DNA from: Haliotis cracherodii
Taxonomy: Eukaryota
Assembly: GCF_022045235.1 (NCBI RefSeq)
Contig: NW_027266266.1
Coordinates: forward strand, 26,226,001-26,290,000
Reading direction: 5' to 3'
DNA: 64,000 nucleotides
The notes under the pieces: model-generated
Databases searched by the model: none
Told to the model about the DNA's origin: nothing
What the model saw: the letters and a program-made list of their open reading frames with translations, nothing else
Shown here: in pieces, positions 48,001-63,000 of the stretch
Layout: every line of letters begins with the position of its first letter
How positions within the stretch are numbered: position 1 is the stretch's first letter
Translations under genes and position numbers: made by a program

Positions 48001-51000
48001 CTTTTCTATGATGGACCTCTCTTTCCCTGATGATGATGGGACTCTGATGATTACCTTACGCTGACTCTGATGATTACCTTGCGCTGTCTCTCATGATAAC
48101 CTTACGCTGTCTCTGATGATAACCTTACACTGTCTCTGATGATTACCTTACACTGTCTCTGATGATTACCTTACACTGTCTCTGATGATTACCTTGCGCT
48201 GTCTCTCATGATAACCTTACGCTGTCTCTGATGATAACCTTACACTGTCTCTGATGATTACCTTACACTGTCTCTGATGATTACCTTACACTGTCTCTGA
48301 TGATTACCTTGCGCTGTCTCTCATGATTCCCCTACACTGTCTCTGATGATTACCTTGCTCTGTCTCTTATGATTACCTTACGCTGTCTCTGATGATTACC
48401 TTGCGCTGTCTCTCATGATTACCTTACACTGTCTCTGATGATTACCTTGCCCTGTCTCTGATGATAACCTTGCGCTGTCTCTGATGATTACCTTACGCTG
48501 TCTCTGATGATTACCTTGGGCTGTCTCTGATGATTACCTTGCACTGTCTCTGATGATTACCTTGCACTGTCTCTGATGATTACCTTGCGCTGTCTCTGAT
48601 GATTACCTTACACTGTCTCTCATGATTACCTTATGCTGTCTCTCATGATTACCTTACACTGTCTCTCATGATTACCTTACGCTGTCTCTCATGATTACCT
48701 TACACTGTCTCTGATGATTACTTTACGCTGTCTCTGATGATTACCTTACGCTGTCTCTCATGATTACCCTACACTGTCTCTGATGATTACTTTACACTGT
48801 CTCTGATGATTACCTTACCTTACGCTGTCTCTGATGATTACCTTGCGTTGTCTCTCATGATTACCTTGCGCTGTCTTTCATGATTACCTTACAGTCTCTG
48901 ATGATTACCTTACACTGTCTCTGATGATTACCTTACGCTGTCTCTGATGATTACCTTACGCTGTCTCTGATGATTACCTTACACTGTCTCTGATGATTAC
49001 CTTGCGCTGTCTCTGATGATTACCTTACGCTGTCTCTGATGATTACCTTACGCTGTCTCTGATGATTACCTTACTCTGTCTCTCATGATTACCTTACGCT
49101 GTCTCTGATGATTACCTTGCGCTGTCTCTGATGATTACCTTACGCTGTCTCTGATGATTACCTTACACTGTCTCTGATGATTACCTTGCGCTGTCTCTGA
49201 TGATCATCTTACGCTGTCTCTGATGATTACCTTACGCTGTATCTCATGATTACCTTGCGCTGTCTCTGATGATAGACCAACACTGTTTCCGATGATGGCC
49301 TTAATGTCTCAGCTGATGATGATGTATGTACACTGTCTCTGATGATGCTGTAAGCTCTCTTTGATGATGCTGAACATATCCTCTCTCTGATGATGCTGTA
49401 CTTACGCTCTCTCTGATGATGCTGTACATACGCTCTCTCTGATGATGCTGTACTTACGCTCTCTCTGATGATGCTATACATACGCTCTCTCTGATGATGC
49501 TGTACATACGCTCTCTCTGATGATGCCATACTAATGCTGTCTCTGATGATGCTGTACATACGCTCTCTCTGATGATGATGTACTTACGCTCTCTCTGATG
49601 ATGCTGTACATACGCTCTCTCTGATGATGCTGTACATACGCTCTCTCTGATGATGCTATACTAACGCCGTCTCTGATGATGCCGTACATAAGCTCTCTCT
49701 GATGATGCTGTACATACGCTCTCTGATGATGCTGTACATACGCTCTCTCTGATGATGCTGTACTTACGCTCTCTCTGATGATAGGGTCCACCAGGTAGTT
49801 GTAGGGGCAGATGATGATCTCAGATTGTTCCTTCAGAGCTCGTGTCAGGAAGTAGGGACATGCCTGAAGGAGGATTGAGAGAATGTTTCCTTACACCCAG
49901 TCACACATGTTCCAGCAGTAAACACGGAGATGACATATCCCCCCGTTTTGGTGCAATTTGGAAAAGGAGTTAAGCTACTTATACCCCACTTTTGGCTCAT
50001 TGCCATGGGATACCTTCAGTTCTGTGAAGATAATGCTTTTCAGTACTTTTAAAAATCCCAAATCATCAAATGACACCAGTTCACCACTTGAGTGATCTGC
50101 ATAGCAAGTTTCATCAAGAAATATTTGACGGTTTTGGAGTTCTGCTCCGGAAATGAGCACTTCCCTCATTTTCAGTATCAGTCCAACTTGTTGTGATAAA
50201 AACATAAAAACATATAAGAGAAAAAAAAACAAATCATCAAAGGGCTCCAGTTGACCACTAGATAAATCTGTATAGCAAGTTTATTCTAGAAATATTAAAC
50301 GATTTTGGAGCTCTGCGTCAGACATGTTGATCACTATATCCATAGAATTAAAAAACCAGGTCTGGGCCAGGGTGACTGACCACATATAGTCCAGATTTGT
50401 GTGTCTGGTTACTAGCTAGAGAGTGAGCATCTTCCTGAGGCAAGGGAGTTAACTGACTATGAAAGTCTAGTTTCCATCCGTGCCGAACAAGGCTGAAATT
50501 CCGGAGTTATCTTTTGGCTGGAATCTATGCATAGTCCAATCAAAATCGTCATCTGGTTCATAAACTGTCGTGGAGATTTCACTCGATTGCAGGATTTGCA
50601 AACCATGTGTTCCATCAACAGCGTCCACAGATTTTTTCCAAATCTTTTCAAGTAAAATTGATCCCCTTTGAGAGTTCAGACCCATTTTATTACAATATAG
50701 ACCTTGATTATCGATCATTGAGACAGGAGCTCATACAGAAGGCCATCACAGAACTGCGAGCCATTTTGTTTAAAGCCAAAGCAAGTTATATGAAAAGTGG
50801 AATCTGATTGGTCAATAGGAGGGACATAGAAGGGCATAACTTGTAATAGCCACTGGCGGCGCTACGATCGAGCCACAAAATTCCAGTGTAGTTTGGTGAG
50901 GGTTAAAATCTGGACATTTACAGTCACTTAACTCCCTTGCCTTGGGAAGATGGAGAGTGCGTGATAGAGGAATAGAGCAGTTTGGTTGGTGAGTTGGTGG

Positions 51001-54000
51001 GTTGTTTGAATTGGAGGGCAATGAGTCTTTTGATTGAGCGATGCCAGCAATATTTTTTCAGCTTCACGCTTGCCTGTATGTCTGGGCCAGGCCAACCACT
51101 CTTATTGACAGCACAAGCCATGAGCCATGTCGTCAGGGTATGATGAAACACAATCACACAGATCACACATGAGTCTTCCCACTTCATGCTTGTCCCTTAG
51201 CCTGAGAAAACTAATAAAAATCCAATGATGGTAGTCCACACTGACCAGTAGCACTAGGGCTATAATTCTGAACCAGGTCTCAATTTTGCTACAAATTGGA
51301 ACTCTGGACTAGTATTATAACATAAGTTGCCTATGGCTGCACACTGTAACCAGTTAATCCATCATTACAAACATGGGGGATAGAATAGGTCTTCAGCAAC
51401 CGATGCTTACCATAAAAGGCGACTATCCTTGTCGTAAGAGGCGACTAACGGGATCAGGTGGTCAGGCTCGCTGACTTGGTTGATGCATGTCATCGATCCC
51501 AATTGCATGGATCAATGCTCATGATGTCAATCACTGGATTGTCTGGTCCAGACTCGATTATTTACAGACCGCCGTCATATAGCTGGAATATTGCTGAGTG
51601 CGGCGTTAAAGAACCAACCAACCAACCAACCAACCAACCAACAAGCATGGGGTACTGGGGACCTAACCTCACCAGTATTCCACAGAGTCCTAAGGAGAGG
51701 AATCAGATCATAAACACTGTACACATGGTTAATCCAGGATCCCAAGTGCTGCAGAGCGATCTCACCAGTCTGATCATCAGTCAATGTTAAAGGACTGGAG
51801 CTGGATCAGTCGTAGCGCTAGGATCGCTCCACCAAACACTGCCCTGAGTCCTACCTTTTGCTTCTTACACATGTTCACCATGTCCTCGAGGTCCCAGGCC
51901 GTCGCCAGCCCCATCCGACGGATGCCCTCCTGGCTGGAGATGGACTTGGCCCGGTCCTTCATCCGACAGCCAGGACCCTGCATGGAACGAGGTAACACTC
52001 AGACTTCATGTAGGGACTCTTAATAACGATTATTGGTGGACCCTTGACCTCTAGTGTTGTAGGTCAAGGTGAAACCTGAGGGACTGACACTGCCACTTGT
52101 CCTTTTGGTCGAGAGTGGTGACAATCTAGAGGGAATAGTTGTTTTCTCCCCAGTTTCAAGTATACATAAACGACCTGTCTGATATGAGCGGGAAATTACA
52201 TTATGACTATTAGTTACTACGGTAAACTACGTTTATAACAACAATCTTATAACAAACTTATTTTTTATCCCTACTATTTGCAGTAGTTATGCTGTATTTA
52301 TACTTATTATGAACTACGGTTATAACAAACTGAAATTAGTGGTCCCTTTGAGTTTGTTATAACCATAGTTTACTGTACATGTTAATAACTGTCAGTAAAT
52401 TGTGAAAAGAAAGGAACTTTCATTTTTTCTTTATTGATACCAAATTGAAATTACTTTTAAAAGATCAGTTGGAAAACTTGTTACCATAAATTATATAAGG
52501 CTGTACCTTCAACAGTTCCTGACAGCCCTCGTTCTTGCTGGCCATCTTGGACACCACGGGGTGGATACATGTGTGCTCCCTGCTCCCCAGTATCGTCATG
52601 CTGTCCACAGAAACACCAGGATGACACCACACCGGCCATTACAGAAACACCAGGATGACACCACACCGGCCATTACAGAAACACCAGGATGACACCACAC
52701 CGGCCATTACAGAAACACCAGGATCACACCACATCAGCCATTACAGAAACACCAGGATCACACCACATCGGCCATTACAGAAACACCAGGATCACACAAC
52801 AGCGGCCATTACAGAAACACCAGGATCACACCACACCGGCCATTACAGAAACACCAGGATCACATCACACCAGCCATTACAGAGACACCAGGATCACACC
52901 ACACCGGCCATTACAGAGACACCAGGATTACACCGCTCCAGCCATTACAGAGACACCAGGATTACACCACTCCGACCATTACAGAGACACCAGGATCACA
53001 TCACACCGACCATTACAGAGACACCAGGATTACACCACACCGACCATTACAGAAACACCAGGATCACATCACACCGACCATTACAGAGACACCAGGATTA
53101 CACCACTCCGACCATTACAGAAACACCAGGATCACATCACACCGACCATTACAGAGACACCAGGATTACACCACTCCAGCCATTACAGAGACACCAGGAT
53201 CACATCACACCGACCATTACAGAGACACCAGGATTACACCACACCGACCATTACAGAGACACCAGGATCACATCACACTGGCCATTACAGAGACACCAGG
53301 ATTACACCACTCCAGCCATTACAGAGACACCAGGATCACATCACACCGACCATTACAGAGACACCAGGATTACACCACACCGACCATTACAGAGACACCA
53401 GGATCACATCACGCTGGCCATTACAGAAACACCAGGATTACACCACTCCAGCCATTACAGAGACACCAGGATCACATCACGCTGGCCATTACAGAAACAC
53501 CAGGATTACACCACACCGACCATTACAGAGACACCAGGATCACATCACGCTGGCCATTACAGAGACACCAGGATCACACCACACCAGCCATTAAAGAGAC
53601 ACCAGGATCACACCACACCGGCCATTACAGAAACACCAGGATCACACCACACCAGCCATTACAGACACCAGGATTACACCACTCCAGCCATTACAGAGAC
53701 ACCAGGATCACACCACACCAGCCATTACAGAGACACCAGGATCACACCACACCGGCCATTACAGAGACACCAGGATCACACCACACCAGCCATTACAGAG
53801 ACACCAGGATTACACCACTCCAGCCATTACAGAGACACCAGGATCACATCACACCGACCATTACAGAGACACCAGGATTACACCACACCGACCATTACAG
53901 AGACACCAGGATCACATCACACTGGCCATTACAGAGACACCAGGATTACACCACTCCAGCCATTACAGAGACACCAGGATCACATCACACCGACCATTAC

Positions 54001-57000
54001 AGAGACACCAGGATTACACCACACCGACCATTACAGAGACACCAGGATCACACCACACCGACCATTACAGAGACACCAGGATTACACCACACCAGCCATT
54101 ACAGAGACACCAGGATCACATCACGCTGGCCATTAAAGAAACACCAGGATTACACCACACCGACCATTACAGAGACACCAGGATCACATCACGCTGGCCA
54201 TTACAGAGACACCAGGATCACACCACACCAGCCATTACAGAAACACTAGGATCACACCACACCGGCCATTACAGAGACACCAGGATCACACCACACCGGC
54301 CATTACAGAAACACCAGGATTACACCACACCGGCCATTACAGAGACACCAGGATCACACCACACCGGCCATTACAGAGACACCAGGATCACACCACACCG
54401 GCCATTACAGAGACACCAGGATCACACCACACCGGCCATTACAGAGACACCAGGATCATACCACACCGGCCATTACAGAGACACCAGGATCACACCACAC
54501 CAGCCATTACAGAGACACCAGGATCATACCACACCAGCCATTACAGAGACACCAGGATCATACCACACCGGCCATTACAGAGACACCAGGATCACACCAC
54601 ACCAGCCATTACAGAGACACCAGGATCACACCACACCGGCCATTACAGAGACACCAGGATCATACCACACCGGCCATTACAGAAACACCAGGATCACACC
54701 ACACCGGCCATTACAGAGACACCAGGATCACATCACACCGACCATTACAGAAACACCAGGATCACACCACACCAGCCATTACAGAAACACCAGGATCACA
54801 TCACACCACACCGGCCATTACAGAAACACCAGGATCACATCACACCACACTGGCCATTACAGAAACACCAGGATTACACCACACCGGCCATTACAGACCA
54901 TAATTCAATTTGGATGAGGAACTTGCCTCTGGCCATTGGGCATCAAGTAATTCAATACCTATTATGGGGGTCTGAAACACGACTATGTGTTCACCATTCT
55001 CAAAATATGTTGTTTTTTCAAACTTTGTATTTTCTTAAATTCAGAGGTCACTTTAAAATTGTATTTTAACATTACATTCAAAGCAATAATAAACAAAAGC
55101 CTCTATTGTTGTCATCATCCCAAGGCAGGGGCGTTACTGACTATGAAAGTCTCGGGAAGATGTATTCTTGCCATTCCACTACCAATATGAATTTTGGATT
55201 TTTTCAATACCAGCTTTGGAAGTTTTACTGACATTTGTGGGTGACTATGAGCCCGGGAGCATGTCTACATGAATCCCTGACTGGATACTTGAGGATGGAA
55301 AATCATAACCTTGTTCACTTAATTTGAAAGTCTTTTGATTGTTAAAGTGATAATTAATGAAAGATTTCCTGCATTTTCAGTTGACAAAACTTTACCAAAA
55401 CACATGTCAACAATAAAGTTTTAAAAGACAAATCAATCTAATACCAAGTACAGGTATATACTGGGTACAGATATCACATGCAATTTGTAAGCGTGCACAA
55501 AACCATTATTTTGTGGAATTGCGGAAGCTAATTGTCATCTTCGGGCAAAAATATTTATTTCCCTTATGTAGCAGCACAGAATAATCTATGCTGTTTGTTG
55601 TCTAAAGCTGCACTCAGCAATATTCCAGCTATATGATGGTGGTCTGGAAATAATTGAGTCTGGACCTAACAATCCAGTGACTGACATCAAGAGCATCAAT
55701 CTATGCAATTTTGATACAATGACATGAATCAACTAAGTCAGCAAGCTTGACGACATGATCTTGTTAGTCGCCTCCTACGAGAAGCTTGGGATCTTCACTT
55801 GGTCTGAATCACTTATGTAAAATACGTGAAGTATACATAGTATACTTTCATCACAATCATTACTCGTGTGTTCAGTAGCCGAAGGGCTTGTGAAGATCCG
55901 GGATGGAATAGGTCTTCACCAAGCCATGCTTGCTGTAAAAGGTGACTATGCTTGTCATAAGAGGCGACTAACGGGATCAGGTGGGCAGGCTCGCTGACTT
56001 GGTTGATGCATGTCATCAAGCCCAAACGGTGGATCGACGCTCATGATGTCAATCAGTGGATTGTCAGGTCCAGACAAGATTATTTACAGACTGCCGTCAT
56101 ATAGCTGGAATATTGCAGAGTGCGGCGGTAAACAACAAACAAACAAACAGGAGCCAAAGAGTTGTACAATGGCAGATGTCAGTACCGGCATGATGCTTGA
56201 ATGTGACGTGGACTGTCTGTAAATATGTAACAGTGCTAATGTTAGTTTAGACAATCTTGATAACAGTGTCTTACTGCTCTTTGGTGTCACTTTCAGAAAG
56301 TGCAAGGACCCCTAGACCTTCATGATTAACTCCGGACACAGACAACTCATTACCTGACGTCAAGGTAGGCTGTTTTCTTCAGTTCCCGGACAATCTGAGC
56401 TACCTGTTTGTGTGTGCGGGTTCCGAAGTAGATTCGAGGGATTCTGGAAAGAACACATTCCCTGTGAAATAGTGTTGGTGATCTGAAATCAACTGTATCA
56501 GAAAAGATGGCATTATTTAAGAAATAAATGATGAGTGGGAGTTGTTTATCGTACAATAAAACACTGCAGGGAGAATAAACCATGAGGGGAACAGCCCTTC
56601 TTCCAATACCGATTGTCATATCTCTCACCCTTTTGGATGTGATCGTTCCGCCATCACATTTATTTATGTTGCCCAGCTACATCTATGGGGAATAACTCAC
56701 TAGGCAATCCCCTCTCAAAAATAATGATAACCAATATACGATGTCATCAAGAACGACCTTTTGGTGAACATTGACAGACCAATGAAATTACTAGAGGGAA
56801 GTCGACATTAGACACTAGGAATGCAGCTTTCTTAGCTTTGCAGCACTGATTTCAAACTGGCAACTTCCATTCCAGACTATGCTTTTAAAAGTATTTTGAA
56901 TCAGTCATACAGCCCGATACTGTAGTCTTTTGCTAAGCTTTAGAGGCTGTATGATTAGCATGATTTGGAAACAAATTCTGCTAACAATATATAATAACAA

Positions 57001-60000
57001 TATGAATATTTCATTTTCCATTTTTCTATAAGTTGCTTGTATCGTTATCTATCATTGTAGTCGGATTTTCGATCATGTATGATGATACCACTTAATTTTT
57101 CGTTTACCCGACGTAATTGTTTATCCGACATACTCGTTAATCCGACATACTGATATCCGACCAAGTCGGGTTAACAGGACTTGACTGTATTACAACCACT
57201 TCCTTTATATTGACCCTGTTATCGGTAAACTATCGTGGTGGCCATATTGAAAATAAGATTCAAACTTCTTGAATCAAGCGGGGTGACATCAATGGTGGGA
57301 ACAAGCATGTGAAAGGTTTAACCTTCACTGGTGCAGTGGCTTTGGAGAAGAGGTTTACAACAGATGACACACAATGGACACTGAAGGGACAAGCATGTGG
57401 GAAGTTTAACCTTCACTGGTGCAGTGGCTTTGGAGAAGAGGTTTACAACAGATGACACACAATGGACACTGAAGGGACAAGCATGTGGGAAGTTTAACCT
57501 TCACTGGTGCAGTGGCTTTGGAGAAGAGGTTTACAACAGATGACACACAATGGACACTGAAGGAACAAGCATGTGGGAAGTTTAACCTTCACTGGTGCAG
57601 TGGCTTTGGAGAAGAGGTTTACAACAGATGACACACAATGGACACTGAAGGAACAAGCATGTGGAAAGTTTAACCTTCACTGGTGCAGTGGCTTTGGAGA
57701 AGAGGTTAACAACAGATGACACACAATGGACACTGAAGGGACAAGCATGTGGGAAGTGTAACCTTCACTGGTGCAGTGGCTTTGGAGAAGAGGTTAACAA
57801 CAGATGACACAATGGACACTGAAGGAACAAGCATGTGGGAAGTTTAACCTTCACTGGTGCAGTGGCTTTGGAGAAGAGGTTAACAACAGATCACACAATG
57901 GACACTGAAGGAACAAGCATGTGAGAAGTTTAACCTTCACTGGTGCAGTGGCTTTGGAGAAGAGGTTTACAACAGATGACACACACTGGACACTGAAGGA
58001 ACAAGCATGTGGAAAGTTTAACCTTCACTGGTGCAGTGGCTTTGGAGAAGAGGTTAACAACAGATGACACAATGGACACTGAAGGAACAAGCATGTGGGA
58101 AGTTTAACCTTCACTGGTGCAGTGGCTTTGGAGAAGAGGTTAACAACAGATGACACACAATGGACACTGAAGGGACAAGCATGTGGGAAGTTTAACCTTC
58201 ACTGGTGCAGTGGCTTTGGAGAAGAGGTTTACAACAGATGACACACACTGGACACTGAAGGGACAAGCATGTGGAAAGTTTAACCTTCACTGGTGCAGTG
58301 GCTTTGGAGAAGAGGTTTACAACAGATGACACACAATGGACACTGAAGGAACAGGCCACATGACGTGAGATAACTTGACTGTCACCCTTCAGTGAAGTGA
58401 ATTCAGTCAGGTGAGCTAAACATATTTCTAAACTAAAACCCTAAGAAGACACATATATTTTACTTTTTTTTCTTGATGGTGCTAAGAGTGGCACAGTCAC
58501 ATTCCTGGCAGTCTGTGATTGGGGGAGACACCATATTCACTGTCTCTATCTTCGTGTTGACTTCCATACTCTCAACCTTGGGCGTGTTCATGGTGCCTGG
58601 TTTTATTGGAGAGTTTAACCTTCACTGGTGCAGTGGCTTTGGAGAAGAGGTTTACAACAGATGACACACAATGGACACTGAAGGAACAAGCATGTGGAAA
58701 GTTTAACCTTCACTGGTGCAGTGGCTTTGGAGAAGAGGTTAACAACAGATGACACACAATGGACACTGAAGGAACAAGCATGTGGGAAGTTTAACCTTCA
58801 CTGGTGCAGTGGCTTTGGAGAAGAGGTTAACAACAGATGACACAATGGACACTGAAGGAACAAGCATGTGGGAAGTTTAACCTTCACTGGTGCAGTGGCT
58901 TTGGAGAAGAGGTTAACAACAGATCACACAATGGACACTGAAGGAACAAGCATGTGGGAAGTTTAACCTTCACTGGTGCAGTGGCTTTGGAGAAGAGGTT
59001 TACAACAGATGACACACAATGGACACTGAAGGGACAAGCATGTGGGAAGTTTAACCTTCACTGGTGCAGTGGCTTTGGAGAAGAGGTTAACAACAGATGA
59101 CACACAATGGACACTGAAGGGACAAGCATGTGGGAAGTTTAACCTTCACTGGTGCAGTGGCTTTGGAGAAGAGGTTAACAACAGATGACACACAATGGAC
59201 ACTGAAGGGACAAGCATGTGGGAAGTTTAACCTTCACTGGTGCAGTGGCTTTGGAGAAGAGGTTTACAACAGATGACACACAATGGACACTGAAGGAACA
59301 AGCATGTGGGAAGTTTAACCTTCACTGGTGCAGTGGCTTTGGAGAAGAGGTTAACAACAGATCACACAATGGACACTGAAGGAACAAGCATGTGGGAAGT
59401 TTAACCTTCACTGGTGCAGTGGCTTTGGAGAAGAGGTTTACAACAGATGACACACACTGGACACTGAAGGAACAAGCATGTGGAAAGTTTAACCTTCACT
59501 GGTGCAGTGGCTTTGGAGAAGAGGTTAACAACAGATGACACAATGGACACTGAAGGAACAAGCATGTGGGAAGTTTAACCTTCACTGGTGCAGTGGCTTT
59601 GGAGAAGAGGTTAACAACAGATGACACACAATGGACACTGAAGGGACAAGCATGTGGGAAGTTTAACCTTCACTGGTGCAGTGGCTTTGGAGAAGAGGTT
59701 TACAACAGATGACACACACTGGACACTGAAGGGACAAGCATGTGGAAAGTTTAACCTTCACTGGTGCAGTGGCTTTGGAGAAGAGGTTTACAACAGATGA
59801 CACACAATGGACACTGAAGGAACAGGCCACATGACGTGAGATAACTTGACTGTCACCCTTCAGTGAAGTGAATTCAGTCAGGTGAGCTAAACATATTTCT
59901 AAACTAAAACCCTAAGAAGACACATATATTTTACTTTTTTTTCTTGCTGGTGCTAAGAGTGGCACAGTCACATTCCTGGCAGTCTGTGATTGGGGGAGAC

Positions 60001-63000
60001 ACCATATTCACTGTCTCTATCTTCGTGTTGACTTCCATACTCTCAACCTTGGGCGTGTTCATGGTGCCTGGTTTTATTGGAGAGTTTAACCTTCACTGGT
60101 GCAGTGGCTTTGGAGAAGAGGTTTACAACAGATGACACACAATGGACACTGAAGGAACAAGCATGTGGAAAGTTTAACCTTCACTGGTGCAGTGGCTTTG
60201 GAGAAGAGGTTAACAACAGATGACACACAATGGACACTGAAGGAACAAGCATGTGGGAAGTTTAACCTTCACTGGTGCAGTGGCTTTGGAGAAGAGGTTA
60301 ACAACAGATGACACAATGGACACTGAAGGAACAAGCATGTGGGAAGTTTAACCTTCACTGGTGCAGTGGCTTTGGAGAAGAGGTTAACAACAGATCACAC
60401 AATGGACACTGAAGGAACAAGCATGTGGGAAGTTTAACCTTCACTGGTGCAGTGGCTTTGGAGAAGAGGTTTACAACAGATGACACACAATGGACACTGA
60501 AGGGACAAGCATGTGGGAAGTTTAACCTTCACTGGTGCAGTGGCTTTGGAGAAGAGGTTAACAACAGATGACACACAATGGACACTGAAGGGACAAGCAT
60601 GTGGGAAGTTTAACCTTCACTGGTGCAGTGGCTTTGGAGAAGAGGTTAACAACAGATGACACACAATGGACACTGAAGGGACAAGCATGTGGGAAGTTTA
60701 ACCTTCACTGGTGCAGTGGCTTTGGAGAAGAGGTTTACAAGAGATGACACACACTGGACACTGAAGGGACAAGCATGTGGAAAGTTTAACCTTCACTGGT
60801 GCAGTGGCTTTGGAGAAGAGGTTTACAACAGATGACACACAATGGACACTGAAGGAACAGGCCACATGACGTGAGATAACTTGACTGTCACCCTTCAGTG
60901 AAGTGAATTCAGTCAGGTGAGCTAAACATATTTCTAAACTAAAACCCTAAGAAGACACATATATTTTACTTTTTTTTCTTGCTGGTGCTAAGAGTGGCAC
61001 AGTCACATTCCTGGCAGTCTGTGATTGGGGGAGACACCATATTCACTGTCTCTATCTTCGTGTTGCCTTCCATACTCTCAACCTTGGGCGTGTTCATGGT
61101 GCCTGGTTTTATTGGAGAGTCATCATATTCAATGATCACATGTCTCCGAAGCTTTTTGGATAAACTTGGCTGAAATAGAAACAATCATGACATTGATATA
61201 TCCTTTGTTCTGAGACAGAAGAAATATCCACTATCACTCATGAACAACACCAACTTGAATGATGAAGAAATAATGGCAGCCATCTTTTAACTAGGATCAG
61301 AATTCACTTATTTGTCAGCAGTAATTTTGACCAGCGTGAGGGCAGATAAAAAGTGCTGGGGCGATACACCGATGCATTGTTGGATCGTGATGTTTAACTT
61401 CTCGATACATGTATCGATCACAGTGACACACTACATAAAACATATCGATTCTTACCTTTACTGTTCGCTTTAATAACTGCTACACTAAACACTAATAAGG
61501 AGTCAAAATTAGAATTGAAAAACGAAAGTATTTTCATCCATTGTGCCATACTTGACACTGCCAACTGTAAATCATCAGTGTGCCAGGCATTTGGCCATCC
61601 TGTCTATGACCAAAAAATGGCTTTGGGACCACGGATAAGAGCACATGCAAGTATCGTGCATCGGCTTGCGAGCAAGGCATCATGTGCATATTGGATGGCA
61701 CAGTTGGTGTATCATCCCAGCCCTACAGATAAAGTCAACCTCTCACAGTACAATGAACCTATGACTGTCCTCTTATGGTATAAATCCTTGTATATCCCTG
61801 TACCAAAGATGATAACACCCATGGAAGTATTTGTTTGTTTGTTTAAACTCAACAATATTCCAGCTATATGACGGTGGTCTGTAAATAATCGAGTCTGGAC
61901 CAAACAATCCAGTGATTGTCATTATCAGCATCAATCCATGCAATAGGGATACGATGACATTGCATCAACCAAATTAGCGAGCCTGACCACCCGATCCCGT
62001 TAGTCGCCTTTTTCGACAAGCATAGTCGCCTTTTACGGCAAGCATGGATTGCTCAAGACCTATTCTACCACTGGTCCTGACAGGTAAGAGAGAGTTCTTA
62101 TAGCCAAACCTGGTGGGTGCCAGGAGTCCTGAAAGTCTTGGAGTCTTCTTTAAAATCATCATCACCATCATCATCAACACAGATGATATCTTTCTCTGAA
62201 ATTACACAAGACAACAAACACAACTAAAAAACACACTGCAAATGGCCAAAAACAGCAACAGATTTTCCAACTTAGAAAATGCCAAGACAAAATGGTAAAA
62301 TAGTTCCTGACATGTGAGGTGAGGTGAAATGGGGTTTAATGTCGCGTCAGGCCTACTAAAACAGTAGCCAATGGGACCTAAATTTCAGTTTGTCTACTGT
62401 CTAAAATTCAGAGGTAGCCAAATGACTACCAAGAAGAATATCTTGTGGCAACTAAATTCTATTTCAAAATAATTCCTCCTGAAGTCGACAATGAACCAAA
62501 ATACATAAAAATAAATGTAATTAGTACTTTATTTTAGTTGACAATGCTCATTGGATAAGTGAGGATATACCTATATCATGTATATAATCTAGTAACATAA
62601 ACTGCATCATTGTTCAAGTCACAAGTAACAAAATTCAAGTACAGTTTCCATTTAGATACAATTTCAAGACTAGTGCTGTAACTTGTACATATTATAATAG
62701 TCATTTGATAAAAGATAATTTCAAATGCTTTTGGCTACTACAATATTGGCTTGAATTCTTGATTTTACCACTGGCTACCTGGAAAAATATACTCATAGCC
62801 ATATGGCTTCTTGGTAAAAATTTAAACTTTGAGGCCTGCGTGTCCAAGAATAGTGCACTTACCCTTGCGACTAGTATGCATGCGTATGTGCATGGCTACT
62901 TTTACTTGTCCGGACTAATGCCAATTTTAAAGTGCTACCCCACTCATACTCAGTATACTGTCTCAAAGCCAACCAGTCCTTCCTTTAGTCCTTAAATGCC

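Noticed and set aside
48040-49782. CTGATGA repeats as hammerhead ribozyme cores
   Set aside because: No GAAA core or flanking stems. The motif is simply the antisense of exon codons ATC ATC AG.
52655-54136. 493-aa and 301-aa His/Thr-rich ORFs
   Set aside because: Translations of the 34-bp intronic minisatellite.
57295-60860. CRISPR-like or repeated mini-exon reading of the 88-bp satellite
   Set aside because: No unique spacers, no cas genes and a eukaryotic context. The 58-nt pseudo-exon would break phase, and the 30-nt gaps are too short for introns.
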